From Paramecium tetraurelia (Eukaryota): 57,107 nt of DNA. The notes under the pieces are model-generated. The model was not told the origin of the DNA and did not search any database. It was given only the letters and a program-made list of their open reading frames with translations. Below, one piece after another: positions 12,753-23,678 of this stretch (position 1 is the stretch's first letter; the number at the start of each line of letters is the position of its first letter). The DNA is taken from NCBI GenBank assembly GCA_000165425.1, contig CT868000.1:240173-297279 (forward strand). Direction: 5' to 3'. A program made the position numbers and the translations under genes.

Positions 12753-13387
12753 TCAAGAAAGATTCAACTACACTTCTATGTATTCATTTCTTGGTACCAT
12801 ATCTATGATGGCTTCTTTCATTCCGTTTGGTAACAATCCACCTGGTTTACCATAGTTCATTTACTCCAGCTTCATTACCACTCGGCATTCTCAAATTAAA
12901 TTTTGATGGGTATGGAATATCAATCCTACTAAGACGTTTTGAATAACCATCTTCCTCTAGGAATACCTAGATTTTTCTCGACTATTGAAAGGCTACCGTT
13001 GGCTGCTTATAATAAATTATCCATTTGAGATGTAGGTACAACAAATAATCCATTTTTTGTTCCAATGTGATCTCTTCCATATTTATCTAAAATTGCAGTG
13101 ACAATTATAAATGAAGCTCCATTATGAAAAGTTTTCAAATGCTGATCAATATAATCTTAATTCAAAACTACTTATGGTTCCGGTCTGAATCCTTTAGGTA
13201 TATTGAGGATTAACTCTTCACTCCAACCTAAATTATAAATTAAGGGTGATTTGCTGCTCTATTTGTTGCGATTAGTATCAATTTCATAGCAAGCCTATCT
13301 GCCATCTATCTTAGAATTGAGATTACATCATACATATTATTAATTAATGAGAGGAAACACTATGAATATAATCCACGTCATTTTCAT
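12753..13387 (-). pseudogene. Bacterial polymorphic-toxin C-terminal-domain-like gene with signal-peptide-like leader; two +1 frameshifts (pseudogene or assembly errors)
   Basis: Reconstructed: MKMTWIIFIVFPLINQQY^IDGRQACY...IPKGFRPEPQVVLNQDYIDQHLKTFHNGAS...YGRDHIGTKNGLFVVPTSQMDNLLQAANGSLSIVEKNLGIPRGRWLFK/RLSRIDIPYPSKFNLRMPSGNEAGVNELW/KPGGLLPNGMKEAIIDMVP. Intron 13310-13333; extra bases at 12937-12940 and 12846-12849. Confidence 0.75.
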
Positions 13388-13620
13388 ATCAATTAATATA
13401 AATATTTAAAATATTTAAATTCATAAAATAGAATATTAAATATATAAAGTAATTATTGATGAAAATTATAAAATCTGTCGGTATCACTAATAAAATTACA
13501 AAGTACATCTTAATTGTTATTTGTTACTAAATGTATAGACAATAAGATTTTGTAAATGTTAATAATATATATATAAGCATAAATTAAAATATAGATATTT
13601 TACTCTAAAGTGTGATAAAT

Positions 13621-15229
13621 ATGTTAATTTTTTGTATATTGATTGAATTTTTTTTGAAGGTGTTGGCAAAAGAGTTTTCGGTTTATAAAAATAATTAATA
13701 TTTGCTTCTCAGTTTGGAATCATATTGGGATCAAACTTAACTTATGAAACTCAATCAGATTAACCCTGCTATATCATAAATTAAAAATTAAAGAATAAGC
13801 AATCATAAGAAATCAATCTAGTACTTGAATTTAATGAGAAGACATTTGCGAATTTTTATGATAATGGGAAATTGAATGGAGATATCAATTTTATAGTTTA
13901 GATGGTACCAATTTCAACTGGTGCAGTTGTATTGAGCAATAAAGGGGAATTAATTTATTTAAAATTAGTAGAGAATTCTTTTCAATTGGCTGATTCAAAG
14001 ATGTTATCTATTACAAAATAAGTATTCCTCAAACCTGTGTATCTGCAATACATCTAGAATTCGAATGATTTGTTGATCCTTACTGAATGGCAAAACTTTG
14101 AAAATCAAATTGGATAAGAGGGCTAATCAATTTTTTGCGAAATTATAAAGATTTATGATGTTTTCTTAACGGAAAATATAAAGAGTGTGGCCATTCTCGA
14201 AGACTTACTATTTGTGGCCTCAGGTGAATAAGGGTTGCATGTCTATTAGGTGAGCAAAAGAGTATTTGAACAGATACAATGCACTGTGGAATTTAAAAAC
14301 ATTACAGATATAAGAGTGGTTTCGGAGAATTCAGTGGACTATATTTTTGCACTTGACTATGAAAAAGGCATCAAAGTAATCACTTTCAATACTAAAACAG
14401 GATTGTTCTACGAAAATAAATCATTAACTAATATACCATATAGAGGGGAGATTATTGATTTGTATTAGGATGTGTTAATGGTTGTTAAAGAGAAGGAAAT
14501 TGATTCTATAATTCATGAATTGCGTATTTAATATGAGACTAATACATGGAGGTTGATCCATTAACATTCAGCATAGAAGTACATTCAAGATATTGAAATG
14601 ACTGAGAATTACGCTATCATTTTAGGGAGAAATGGACACGAAATAATATATCATTCTCTCCCTTCTTATGATATTAAAATTCAGGATAAAATTATTATAC
14701 CTGGATTACAGAAACTCTTTTTTCTTGATAAAACCCAGTCTAATAACATTTAGGTGTTCGGAGTAACAAAACATATGTTCTTCACTACAAGACTATAATT
14801 GTTTCCTCAATTCATTAGTTGTTTCTATAGCAAGGAGGAAAATGAGATAAAGTTTACTTATCATCAGAACTCTACAAAATGTCCTGGGTCAGCTTAAAAT
14901 AAGATTTGCCAATTCAAATAAAATTACACTGTTCAATTTGTTCACCCTATTCTTTTACATCGGAACAATCGATCTATGTGTATATAACATGTCTGATCAT
15001 TGTAGCACTCTTTGTAATAGTTTTGGGTTTTTTGATAAAAGAATTCAACAGATACCAATTTATTGTAAAAAATCATAGCTCGAAAGATCCCTCTGATTAA
15101 TAAAGTGGAAGTAGGGCTCCTCCAACCAATGATATATATGTTCTGAACTCATTTGATAGCCGATTGAAAATTAGTAAAAAATCATATATACCTTCCATTC
15201 ATGTATAAAATGACTAAAAGATTGAATGA
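13621..15229 (+). CDS. Type-I membrane protein (signal peptide, beta-rich ectodomain, one TM), paralog A; contains frameshift(s)
   Basis: MLIFCILIEFFLKVLA signal; ectodomain aligns with paralog B (IPYRGEIIDLY vs IPYPGEILDIY; AIILGRNGHEIIYHSLP vs AIVIGRNGHQILFHSIP). TM YITCLIIVALFVIVLGFLI is in a shifted frame after the T-run at 14953-14956. Confidence 0.7.
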
Positions 15230-15257
15230 AAATATAAAATTAAATATTTTTAATTAT

Positions 15258-16994
15258 ATGTTCATTATTCTTTAACTCTTGGTTTAACAAATCTAATCTG
15301 AATCTATTTAGATTCTAACCAAGCAAGAAGCAATCCTAGATGTCTTTAGTTCATCTGGAATAATCCTCGAATAATAATTAACCAATTCAAGTTTATGTCA
15401 CATCGTTCCTTAATAACTGGTGGCTCACGACATTGACGACAATTCAATAACCTTAATTGAGAGCTACAAGGATGATTTATTTAGTTTAAACTTTGAACTT
15501 GGATCCTTCAATGGAAAAATAGGAAAAATTATCAAATTTGTCTAACTCAACAATGGTGTTCTCGTCTTATAAGATGATGGCCAATTGAAGTATCTAAATT
15601 ACCAAAATAACTCATTTCAACTGAAATCTACCTTCAAATTAGAAATAGAGAAATTTGCATTAGAAGGCAATGTATTCTTGGAATACTTCTATTACTAATC
15701 ATAAGTGTTGTTGATAGCAAACACTTAAACTATTGCCTTAGATATCATCCATGACGAAGATGATTTGTATATCAAATAGTATAAGATTTATGAGTAATGG
15801 CAAATCTCACACATCAATAGCATTGCCACTGTTGGTAATATTATGATTGTGGCTATGGACTCTGGTATAAAGATATTCGAATTTAAAGATCATTTATTAA
15901 ATGAGATTATGATCGAAATTAGCCACATTAACCGTGTTTAGGATGTGAAGATATTTAATAAAAAGAATAATGAACTTTATTACATTTATTTGTTAGATAC
16001 AATCTCAGGAATTAATCAATACATCTTTAACACTGTAACTTAAAAATTGGAGCATAATTCTAAGTTAGGGATTATTCCATATCCAGGAGAAATTCTTGAC
16101 ATCTATGGTGAAATCTTAATGGTTGTGAAGGACAAATATTTGTACGAGATTCGAGTTGATTATTATCGAAATTAATTCACTCTTGTTAAATAGCATCAGT
16201 TGGAAACAGATATCATTGATATAGAATTAACAGAACAATTCGCCATAGTGATTGGCAGAAATGGCCATTAAATTTTGTTTCATTCAATTCCATCCACTTA
16301 TTCTTAATTTGAGTGGATGAATTAATTGGTTATACCGAATTTGAAATAACTGGGAATATTGTCTTTAAATTTAGATCAATAGAACTTAGAACTGAAAGAG
16401 GCCACTTCATCTCACAATATCATTATTGGAATTACGTAACATAAGTTCTTTTTTTCGAAAGTGGAATTGGTAAATATCTTAATTATTCGAATTAGGAGTA
16501 ATCCTTTATTTAATGTTATTCCGATGAAATCACCTCCTAAATTTAATTGAATTATAGTCACAAGGCTACTAGATGTAAGACTAATTTGAAGAGGAACGAA
16601 TGCGATCTAATCAAAAGCTATACAATCTAATTCGTAGAGCCCAAACAGTTTGGAGGTAATAAATAAACTTATTTATTAATAATATTACTTTACATAGTAA
16701 TATTGTTACTATTTATTTTATTTATTGGATCCTTAATATATCTCTATAAGAAATATCAAATTGAACCTAAATAATAGTCGTGTGAACAAACACCTGATGT
16801 AACATAAAATTTGAAAACAGACCATTAAAGCAATTTTCCATAGCCATCGTCGAAAGAGATAGCTCCTGTCTCTAGAGATGACCAAACAACCAATTTCTGA
16901 ATAGCGAGATTAAATGAATCTGTAACTTCGAAGCAAAAGACCCATAACACAAGAAAATGGTGATTTATCTCCAGGACCCTTCGAAATCAGTTGA
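15258..16994 (+). CDS. Type-I membrane protein, paralog B (tandem duplicate)
   Basis: Hydrophobic N-term MFIILQLLVQQI; long beta-rich ectodomain; TM LLIILLYIVILLLFILFIGSLIYLY; introns 16470-16495 and probably 16799-16820. Confidence 0.8.
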
Positions 16995-17372
16995 ATTTAA
17001 AAAATCATTATTTTCTAATTATATTATGATATAAAAAAGCTAGTCACTTTAAATCGTTAGGATCTAGAACTCCATTTCATAGGATTTATTCAGAAGTATT
17101 TGATTCGAGCACAATAATTGTCAGCATAATCTTATTGTATTTCATCACCTTTCAAATGAGAACTCTGATAATAAATATATAAAAGTAATTATACCTTTGG
17201 AAAAGGAATTTAAGTATTCAAATATAGAGATTAAGAGAGAAAGAAGAGATTCAAAAGTTAAGATAAGATCTTCTGAATATGATGTAGAAGTATATCAAAC
17301 TTAAGGAAAAGAATACTAAAAATGAATTAGTTATATTTAATTTTAATTGTTTTTATAACAAATTTAAATCGA

Positions 17373-18564
17373 ATGGCTGAAGACATCGATTAGAAATTAC
17401 TTTAGAGATTTGAAATCATCCAAAAAATTCGAAAGGTTTCTGGAGGAGTCATTTGGAAAGCAATAGATAGGAAAACTAATAGTGTATTTGAATTTATTGA
17501 AATATTGTTAGTCGCTATTAAAAAGATCGATTATTCAGCTAATCCTTTGCATCTTTTGAAATCTATGAGAGAAACAGTGATACTTTAAGAAATTTCTAAA
17601 CATCAAAATATTATGAAAGTTTTGTAAGTTATTAATAAAGGGAATGATCAATATACTATTTATGATTTTGTAGAGATGGATTTGATTTCGCTAATCAAAG
17701 TCAAGATACTCGAACCAGTATTTAATCATCACATTCTTATAGAAACACATCCAAATAATATTATGCAATATAGTATCTGCTCTTTACTTTATACATTCTG
17801 GAGGATTGGTTCATTTAAGTTTGACACCATCTAAGATATTGGTTGATTCTGAATGCCAGATCAAATTGATAGGGTTTGGATTCTCTCAATTGCTACCAAT
17901 CAAGGACCCAAAATACACATGTTTGCATTATCTTCCACCAGAGATCTTATTGTAAGGGAAAGTCAATACATCTGCAGACATCTGGTCATTGGGATGTATT
18001 TTCGGAGAAATGTTGTGTCATCACACCTTATTTACCGGTAATTCCACTTTCAATCAAATCGAAAAGATAGTTGAACTTATAGGGAAACCTAATGATACCA
18101 ATCTAAGCGAATTAGCCCCCTATGTTCTATAGGGCATATAATCAGATAGAAAGAAGGCATTCACAAGTATAAGTGATGATTCGACCGCGATTGATTTGTT
18201 AAAGAGAATGCTGGTTTTTGAACCTCATGAAAGAATCACTCTAGTTGATATTTTAAAGCATCCTTATCTTAGTGAATTCGCCAACAAATGTGAATTAAAG
18301 AAAGCCATAGCTCCCTTTTAAATCGAAGAGAATTCTTTCAAAGAGTTTTAGAATGTCTTAAGAGAAAGAGGGAAGAAGATTGAGTAGCCTTCTATTAATA
18401 ATTCCTTCAATTAGTAATTGGACTCTAGCAGAAAGAAATCATTTAAAGAGTCGACTCCCATTTCAGCTTTGAGGTAAAAGACAACAACTAAGATCAAAGT
18501 GAATTCTCCCATCCAAAGTCCGAAAATATAGAAATTATATTAAATTGATGAGAAATAGAGATGA
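17373..18564 (+). CDS. ERK7/MAPK15-like pseudokinase
   Basis: ERK7-like start MAEDIDQKLLQRFEIIQKI..VIWKAIDRK and C-lobe DIWSLGCIFGEM, FTGNSTFNQIEKIVELIGKP. G-loop reads RKVSGG, the HRD loop reads HLSLTPSK, DFG reads GFG, and there is no TxY. Confidence 0.85.
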
Positions 18565-18625
18565 AAAACTAGTTATAATCGTTTACATTAATTCGCAATG
18601 TATATTGTACTTATATTATATAACA

Positions 18626-19117
18626 TCAATCTGTATGTTAAGATCCCTTTGTGGCACCAACACCTGGCTTTCCGTGTCTTGTTGGTTTATATGTCAATGA
18701 AAATTCACCCAAATATCTATACGTTTGCAATTCAATAGTACCTTCCGATCATGTCAAACTTAATTTCCACGTTGCTGAATTATCTGCCATTATACACACC
18801 TACGATTGAGCCAACCATTTCTGGGACGACAATAGTGTTTCTTTAGTGAGTCTTAACTGGTTTGGGTTTCTCTCCTGGTAATGTCTCCTTCTTGGATTTA
18901 CGAATCTATACAAATTAATTGTATTCTCTACTTTCTTCATTAAGTTTTAGAAAGCGTGAACTTTTTCACCTTAATTAGAAATTCTTCTTCTTTATCTTGC
19001 TCTGAATTATTCAACCAATTTATCCATGGGCAATTTAACAAGCTCTTCGAGTTATAAGCCTCTGTAGGTAAACTTTTTGACACCCTTGAATTATTTATCT
19101 TATGTTTATTCAGCCAT
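18626..19117 (-). CDS. RPS15: 40S ribosomal protein S15 (uS19)
   Basis: [61 protein letters not shown]; two tiny introns. Confidence 0.97.
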
Positions 19118-19529
19118 TATTTGAAAAATGAAAATTAAAGGATTTTAATATAATCTAAAATAAATAATTATAAATAAAATACCTAACCTTAAATAATAAT
19201 CATAATTCACTACACAGTGATTCCAATGTGATATCAGTATTACAAATTATGAATTCAATCTAACTCTTTCAATTTCATATACATGTGTTGAAGTGGAGTA
19301 AAAAATGAGATAAGTTTATATATTTTAATATCCATGAATTATATCATACTATCAATAGGAAATCTACAATTCAAATATGTAGAGATCTAATCTTAAAGTT
19401 GATGAAATTAAATAAGTCTCTGAAATGTTCTAAAACTTATGTGTCCAAGACAACATGGGTTGCTCTTTTAACAACTTTAAGATGATTATTTCTAGAAAAT
19501 CAAAATGAAAAATTATAATAATAATAAAA

Positions 19530-20852
19530 ATGGGGAGTAAATGCTGCAAAAGTGACACCTATCGAACAGAAATGGTTAGTGAGATAAGAAATTTCAATTT
19601 CAATGATCCAAAATAAGAATTTTCACTTGAATAGCGAATTATCAGAGAACTTATGCTGGACACAAAAACAGTTTACTAATTGTAGATCTGCTTAAAAAAA
19701 TTTTTGCTTGAGAATGCCTTCTTAATTAAGGAGGAGAAGATTGAGGCATAAGACAAGGGAATAGTCTCAAGAATTTCAGCACCTCCTTTATTGGATTAGG
19801 TTTGGCAATTGGCAATTTTATATTCATAAAATTACATTACAATTTGTAAAAAGCTTGTAGGATGTATAATTGATAGAGAATATAATTAATAAAATATGCA
19901 TTAGAAAATTCTGAAAAGGATGTTGCCTGATTATGATGATAAAATGTATTAAATTGAATTGGAGTTTATCATTTGGATAAATTCTTACGAATTGGAACAA
20001 GTGATGATTGATATTCACAATTGCATAGTGAATGAAGAAACCTTGTCTTTCGAAATGATCTTGATTTTAATGATGCAGATCAAACTGAATTTATGTAAGA
20101 ATGAGACAAAGAAATTTCAAATGAAACAGATTAGCGATAAGAATATCGAAGTTGTATTTAAGAAAATATAGTAATTGATGCCTCGGGATTTAGAATTTAC
20201 CATAATGCATAAATATTGCTTAAGTCAGTAATTAGCCAAACAATACATTTACGAGTATTGCCATTTTATGACGATGCTGAAATTCTCTCAAACTGTTTTG
20301 GTTCCTAGTGAAGAGGTTGATTAAGTTTGGCACACCCATTAATGTATGACAAAATAATATCGCTAGTTTTGCTATGCAATCTATGACAGATTTATTTATC
20401 ATAATCCTGCTAACTTAGGAAATCAAATTGCAGTTTAAGATTTCTATTCACAAACACTTTTATTTTACAAACGAATTTTTAAATATGAACCTGATTCCTA
20501 AATTTGGCCTTGTAAAGAAGAAAGGTGGAATCCCTAAAACTGTTTGGGATCATGGGTGAATCTTTACAGATTGTCAATGAGTATTATCCAATTAATTCAA
20601 GAAAAGCTGCAACCAACCTCTAAGAATATTCTCTAAAAGTATCAGACTTGGAAAGGAACAAATGTTTTTCGAGATCAAATTTAAATTTAGGTTGAAAAAT
20701 CTACGGAGATGACTCAGAGTGCTTTATAATATTACAATTACGAAGTTGGTTGCTACAGTTTATCCGAGTTGGAAGAAGATAGGTTTTCATCGAATTAGAG
20801 GAGAAACGAGTTGTTTTTTGACGATGATGTCATCATAAACTCTATTTAGTGA
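19530..20852 (+). CDS. GRDP/DUF1399-like protein with N-myristoylation/palmitoylation motif
   Basis: MGSKCCK start; EYCHFMTML...LVPSEEVDQVWHTHQCMTKQYRQFC..IYHNP typical of GRDP-like domains; degenerate first copy APPLLDQVWQLAIL; 441-codon frame. Confidence 0.75.
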
Positions 20853-20888
20853 TATATGATCTATTGTTGATAATTAATTTATATTTCT

Positions 20889-21883
20889 ATGGAAAAAGCT
20901 ATTCTAACATTGGGCCTTGCATTGCTCCTGGGCACCCTATACAATTTGAATTCCTCTCCTTCTCTTGATTTAAAGTAGAAGTACACTGAATACAAATTGA
21001 CCTTCAATAAACAATACACTTCCGCAGAAGATTTATATAGATTTTAGGTTTACTTGTAAACCTTAGAAGAAATTGCACTCAAGAATGCCAGATTGGGTAG
21101 ACAAGTGTATGGCGAAACCTAATTTGCTGATATCACTGATGAAGAATTCAGAGAACAATATCTGACATTAAAATATTCCCCTGAAGAATATGCAAATGTA
21201 CAAAGAGAGTCATTCTCACATATTACAGCTGACCCTAAAGAAGTCGATTGGAGAAATCTAGGAGCAGTTACCCCAGTTAAGAATCAACTTAAGTGCGGAT
21301 CTTGTTGGACATTCAGCACAACTGGAGTTTTGGAAGGATTTTTCAAAGTTACAACAGGTGAATTGCCCTCCTTATCTGAATAATAATTGATAGATTGTTC
21401 AACCACAGTTGACTTAAACTTCGGTTGTAATGGTGGTATGCCATAAAGAGCTTTGAATTTTGTGAAAAGAAATGGTTTAACAACAGGAGACAAATATCCA
21501 TATGTATTTTATAATTTAAATCATTATAGTAAGGAGTATAAGGAGAACAATGTTTAGTGAAGGGAGGATTATACAAAGTCAATGGATCTAAAGTATTAGA
21601 TATATCAGAGTGGGCTTTGTATCAAGCATTGTAAGTACAACCAGTGTCTATTGGTGTTGATGCAGGAGGATGGAAGAATTATAAGCCAGCTGAAAGAGAG
21701 GTCTTTAATTTTGATGAATGTGGAGATAATTTAAATCACGCAGTCTTGGCTGTTGGTTTTACTCCAACTGCTACAATAGTAAAGAATTCATGGGCTAATA
21801 CATGGGGTTCTTCAGGTTACATTTATCTTGAAAGAGGTAAAAATACTTGCGGACTTTGGAATACCATGGTTGTTCCTATTTGA
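20889..21883 (+). CDS. Papain-family cysteine protease (cathepsin L-like) with I29 propeptide
   Basis: Signal peptide; propeptide [25 protein letters not shown] (catalytic Cys), LNHAVLAVG (His), KNSW (Asn); one intron near 21504-21529. Confidence 0.96.
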
Positions 21884-21970
21884 TTAATATTATATAATAA
21901 TCAATAATGTCCAATTCGTTATTGTTTTCGAAAATTCCTTAGACTCTCTTTTTATATTAATAATTATATA

Positions 21971-22536
21971 ATGAATCAGATTAATCCAGATTAAATCTTA
22001 TCATCAGAGGAGGTCAAGGCAGCTAAGGATGCCTTTGAGGCATATGATAAAATGGGCTATGGAACGTTGGAAGTTGAAGAGTTGCAAAAAATACTTGAAG
22101 AATTTGGACATAAGCCAAGTAAGGAGGAGTTATAGTAAATGATTACTTAGGTTGATGTGAAGAATAAGGGATTTATAGGTAATAGTATTGTGTATTATTT
22201 GAGACTTTGAGGATTTCAAGAGAGCAATAGCAATTTACAAGATCATAGAAGAGGATAACGAAGAAGATGACACATGTAAATTAACAATTATATTGTATAA
22301 GTGGATGCTTTTGTGGCTATGGGAGGGAATGCTGATAAAAGTGGAACTGTGGATGCAACAAAATTGATATAAGTAAGGATTATTATTATTTAGATTATTA
22401 AATCTGATTTTAAGATGACAATTGATATTGAAGTAAAGATGCATAAATATGAACTTAGAGATTGATTAATGAAATGGATCGTGACAAATCAGGTTAGATA
22501 TCATATTAAGAATTTAAAAACTTACTCTCTGATTGA
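21971..22536 (+). CDS. Calmodulin-like outer-arm dynein light chain (LC4 / 18 kDa type)
   Basis: EF-hands YDKMGYGTL, VDVKNKGFI, MDRDKSGQISYQEF, plus LC4-type DAFVAMGGNADKSG and MTIDIERLI; four tiny introns. Confidence 0.85.
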
Positions 22537-22642
22537 AAGATGTAGAATTATGTTATTTATTGATTATTTATTCGCATTTTAACTCTTATGTTGTTTCGAT
22601 TATTGTAATTTAAGAAATAATTATTTGTTTGTTAATTTAACG

Positions 22643-23616
22643 ATGTCGAAGTGGTTAGATATGAGTTTAACATGTACCCAAATTAGTTTCAAGTCACAAC
22701 AACCTGTTTCATGTATTGTAACATTCATCAATCCAAGATAGTCCAATGAATTGTGTCTTTGAACATGATGGACACAAATTATATTTAGGCAATATCAATG
22801 CAGCAAATGACTCTACATATCTCAGAAAACACGATGTTGGAGCTGTACTGTCTGTGATTGACACTAGTGATATTAAATTAGAAAAGTCAGTTATTCACCT
22901 AGTAATTACATTCCTTATCATAATAGTGGATTGCAGCTGAGGATTGTGAGACAGTTCAACTAATTAGATATTTTGATTAGGCATCTAATTTTATATAAGA
23001 CAACCTAAGACACACTAATATATTAGTTCATTGTTATGCTGGTATCTCAAGATCAAGTTCATTGATAATTGCTTACTTACTCAAATATCAAGGCTACACG
23101 TTAAAAGAAGCCCTAAGCAAGTTGAAATGCTAGAGACCATAAGTCGATCCAAATAATGGGTTTTTGGAGCAATTAAAATAGTATGAGGAGAAATTGAAAT
23201 CAAGCAAAACTCAATAGAGTTCTAGTCTTAATAAAAGTGCAAGCAAATTTATAAGTCTGAGTTCAAGCGTTGAAAAATAGAATTCGATCCCAAAGGGTCG
23301 ATAGAACGTTTCAAACTTCAATATTTATAGTAATCTTAATCCTTAAGTTACTAAAACTAATATCAGAAATCTTTAATTGAAGACTATTACAGTTCCAAAA
23401 GCAAAATAAAGCTTCTTAGAGAAGAGTTGCAGTCCATCTAATATTAGCACATAAAATAGCTGTTAAGGGAAGAGTTTCTTTTCGAATGGTAAACATGAAG
23501 ATCCTTGGAAACAGTACTAGAAAATAAAAAATTAGGAAACTGTTTGGAATAAATAAATACTGGGAATGAAAAACATTTACAGTAATCACAGTAGATAACA
23601 TTCTTTAAATATGTGA
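22643..23616 (+). CDS. Dual-specificity protein phosphatase
   Basis: KLYLGNINAA, VHCYAGISRS active-site loop, PNNGFLEQL; low-complexity tail. The start codon is inferred via two tiny introns. Confidence 0.9.
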
Positions 23617-23678
23617 ATTTGAGTATTGATATTTTTATAAATAGAAATTTACTATATATAAATTAAACTTAATTATTT

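Noticed and set aside
14881..14903. 23-nt GT..AG intron that would repair membrane paralog A
   Set aside because: The GTCC donor is atypical, and splicing would destroy the C...C...YTVQFV.P alignment with paralog B; an indel at 14953-14956 fits better.
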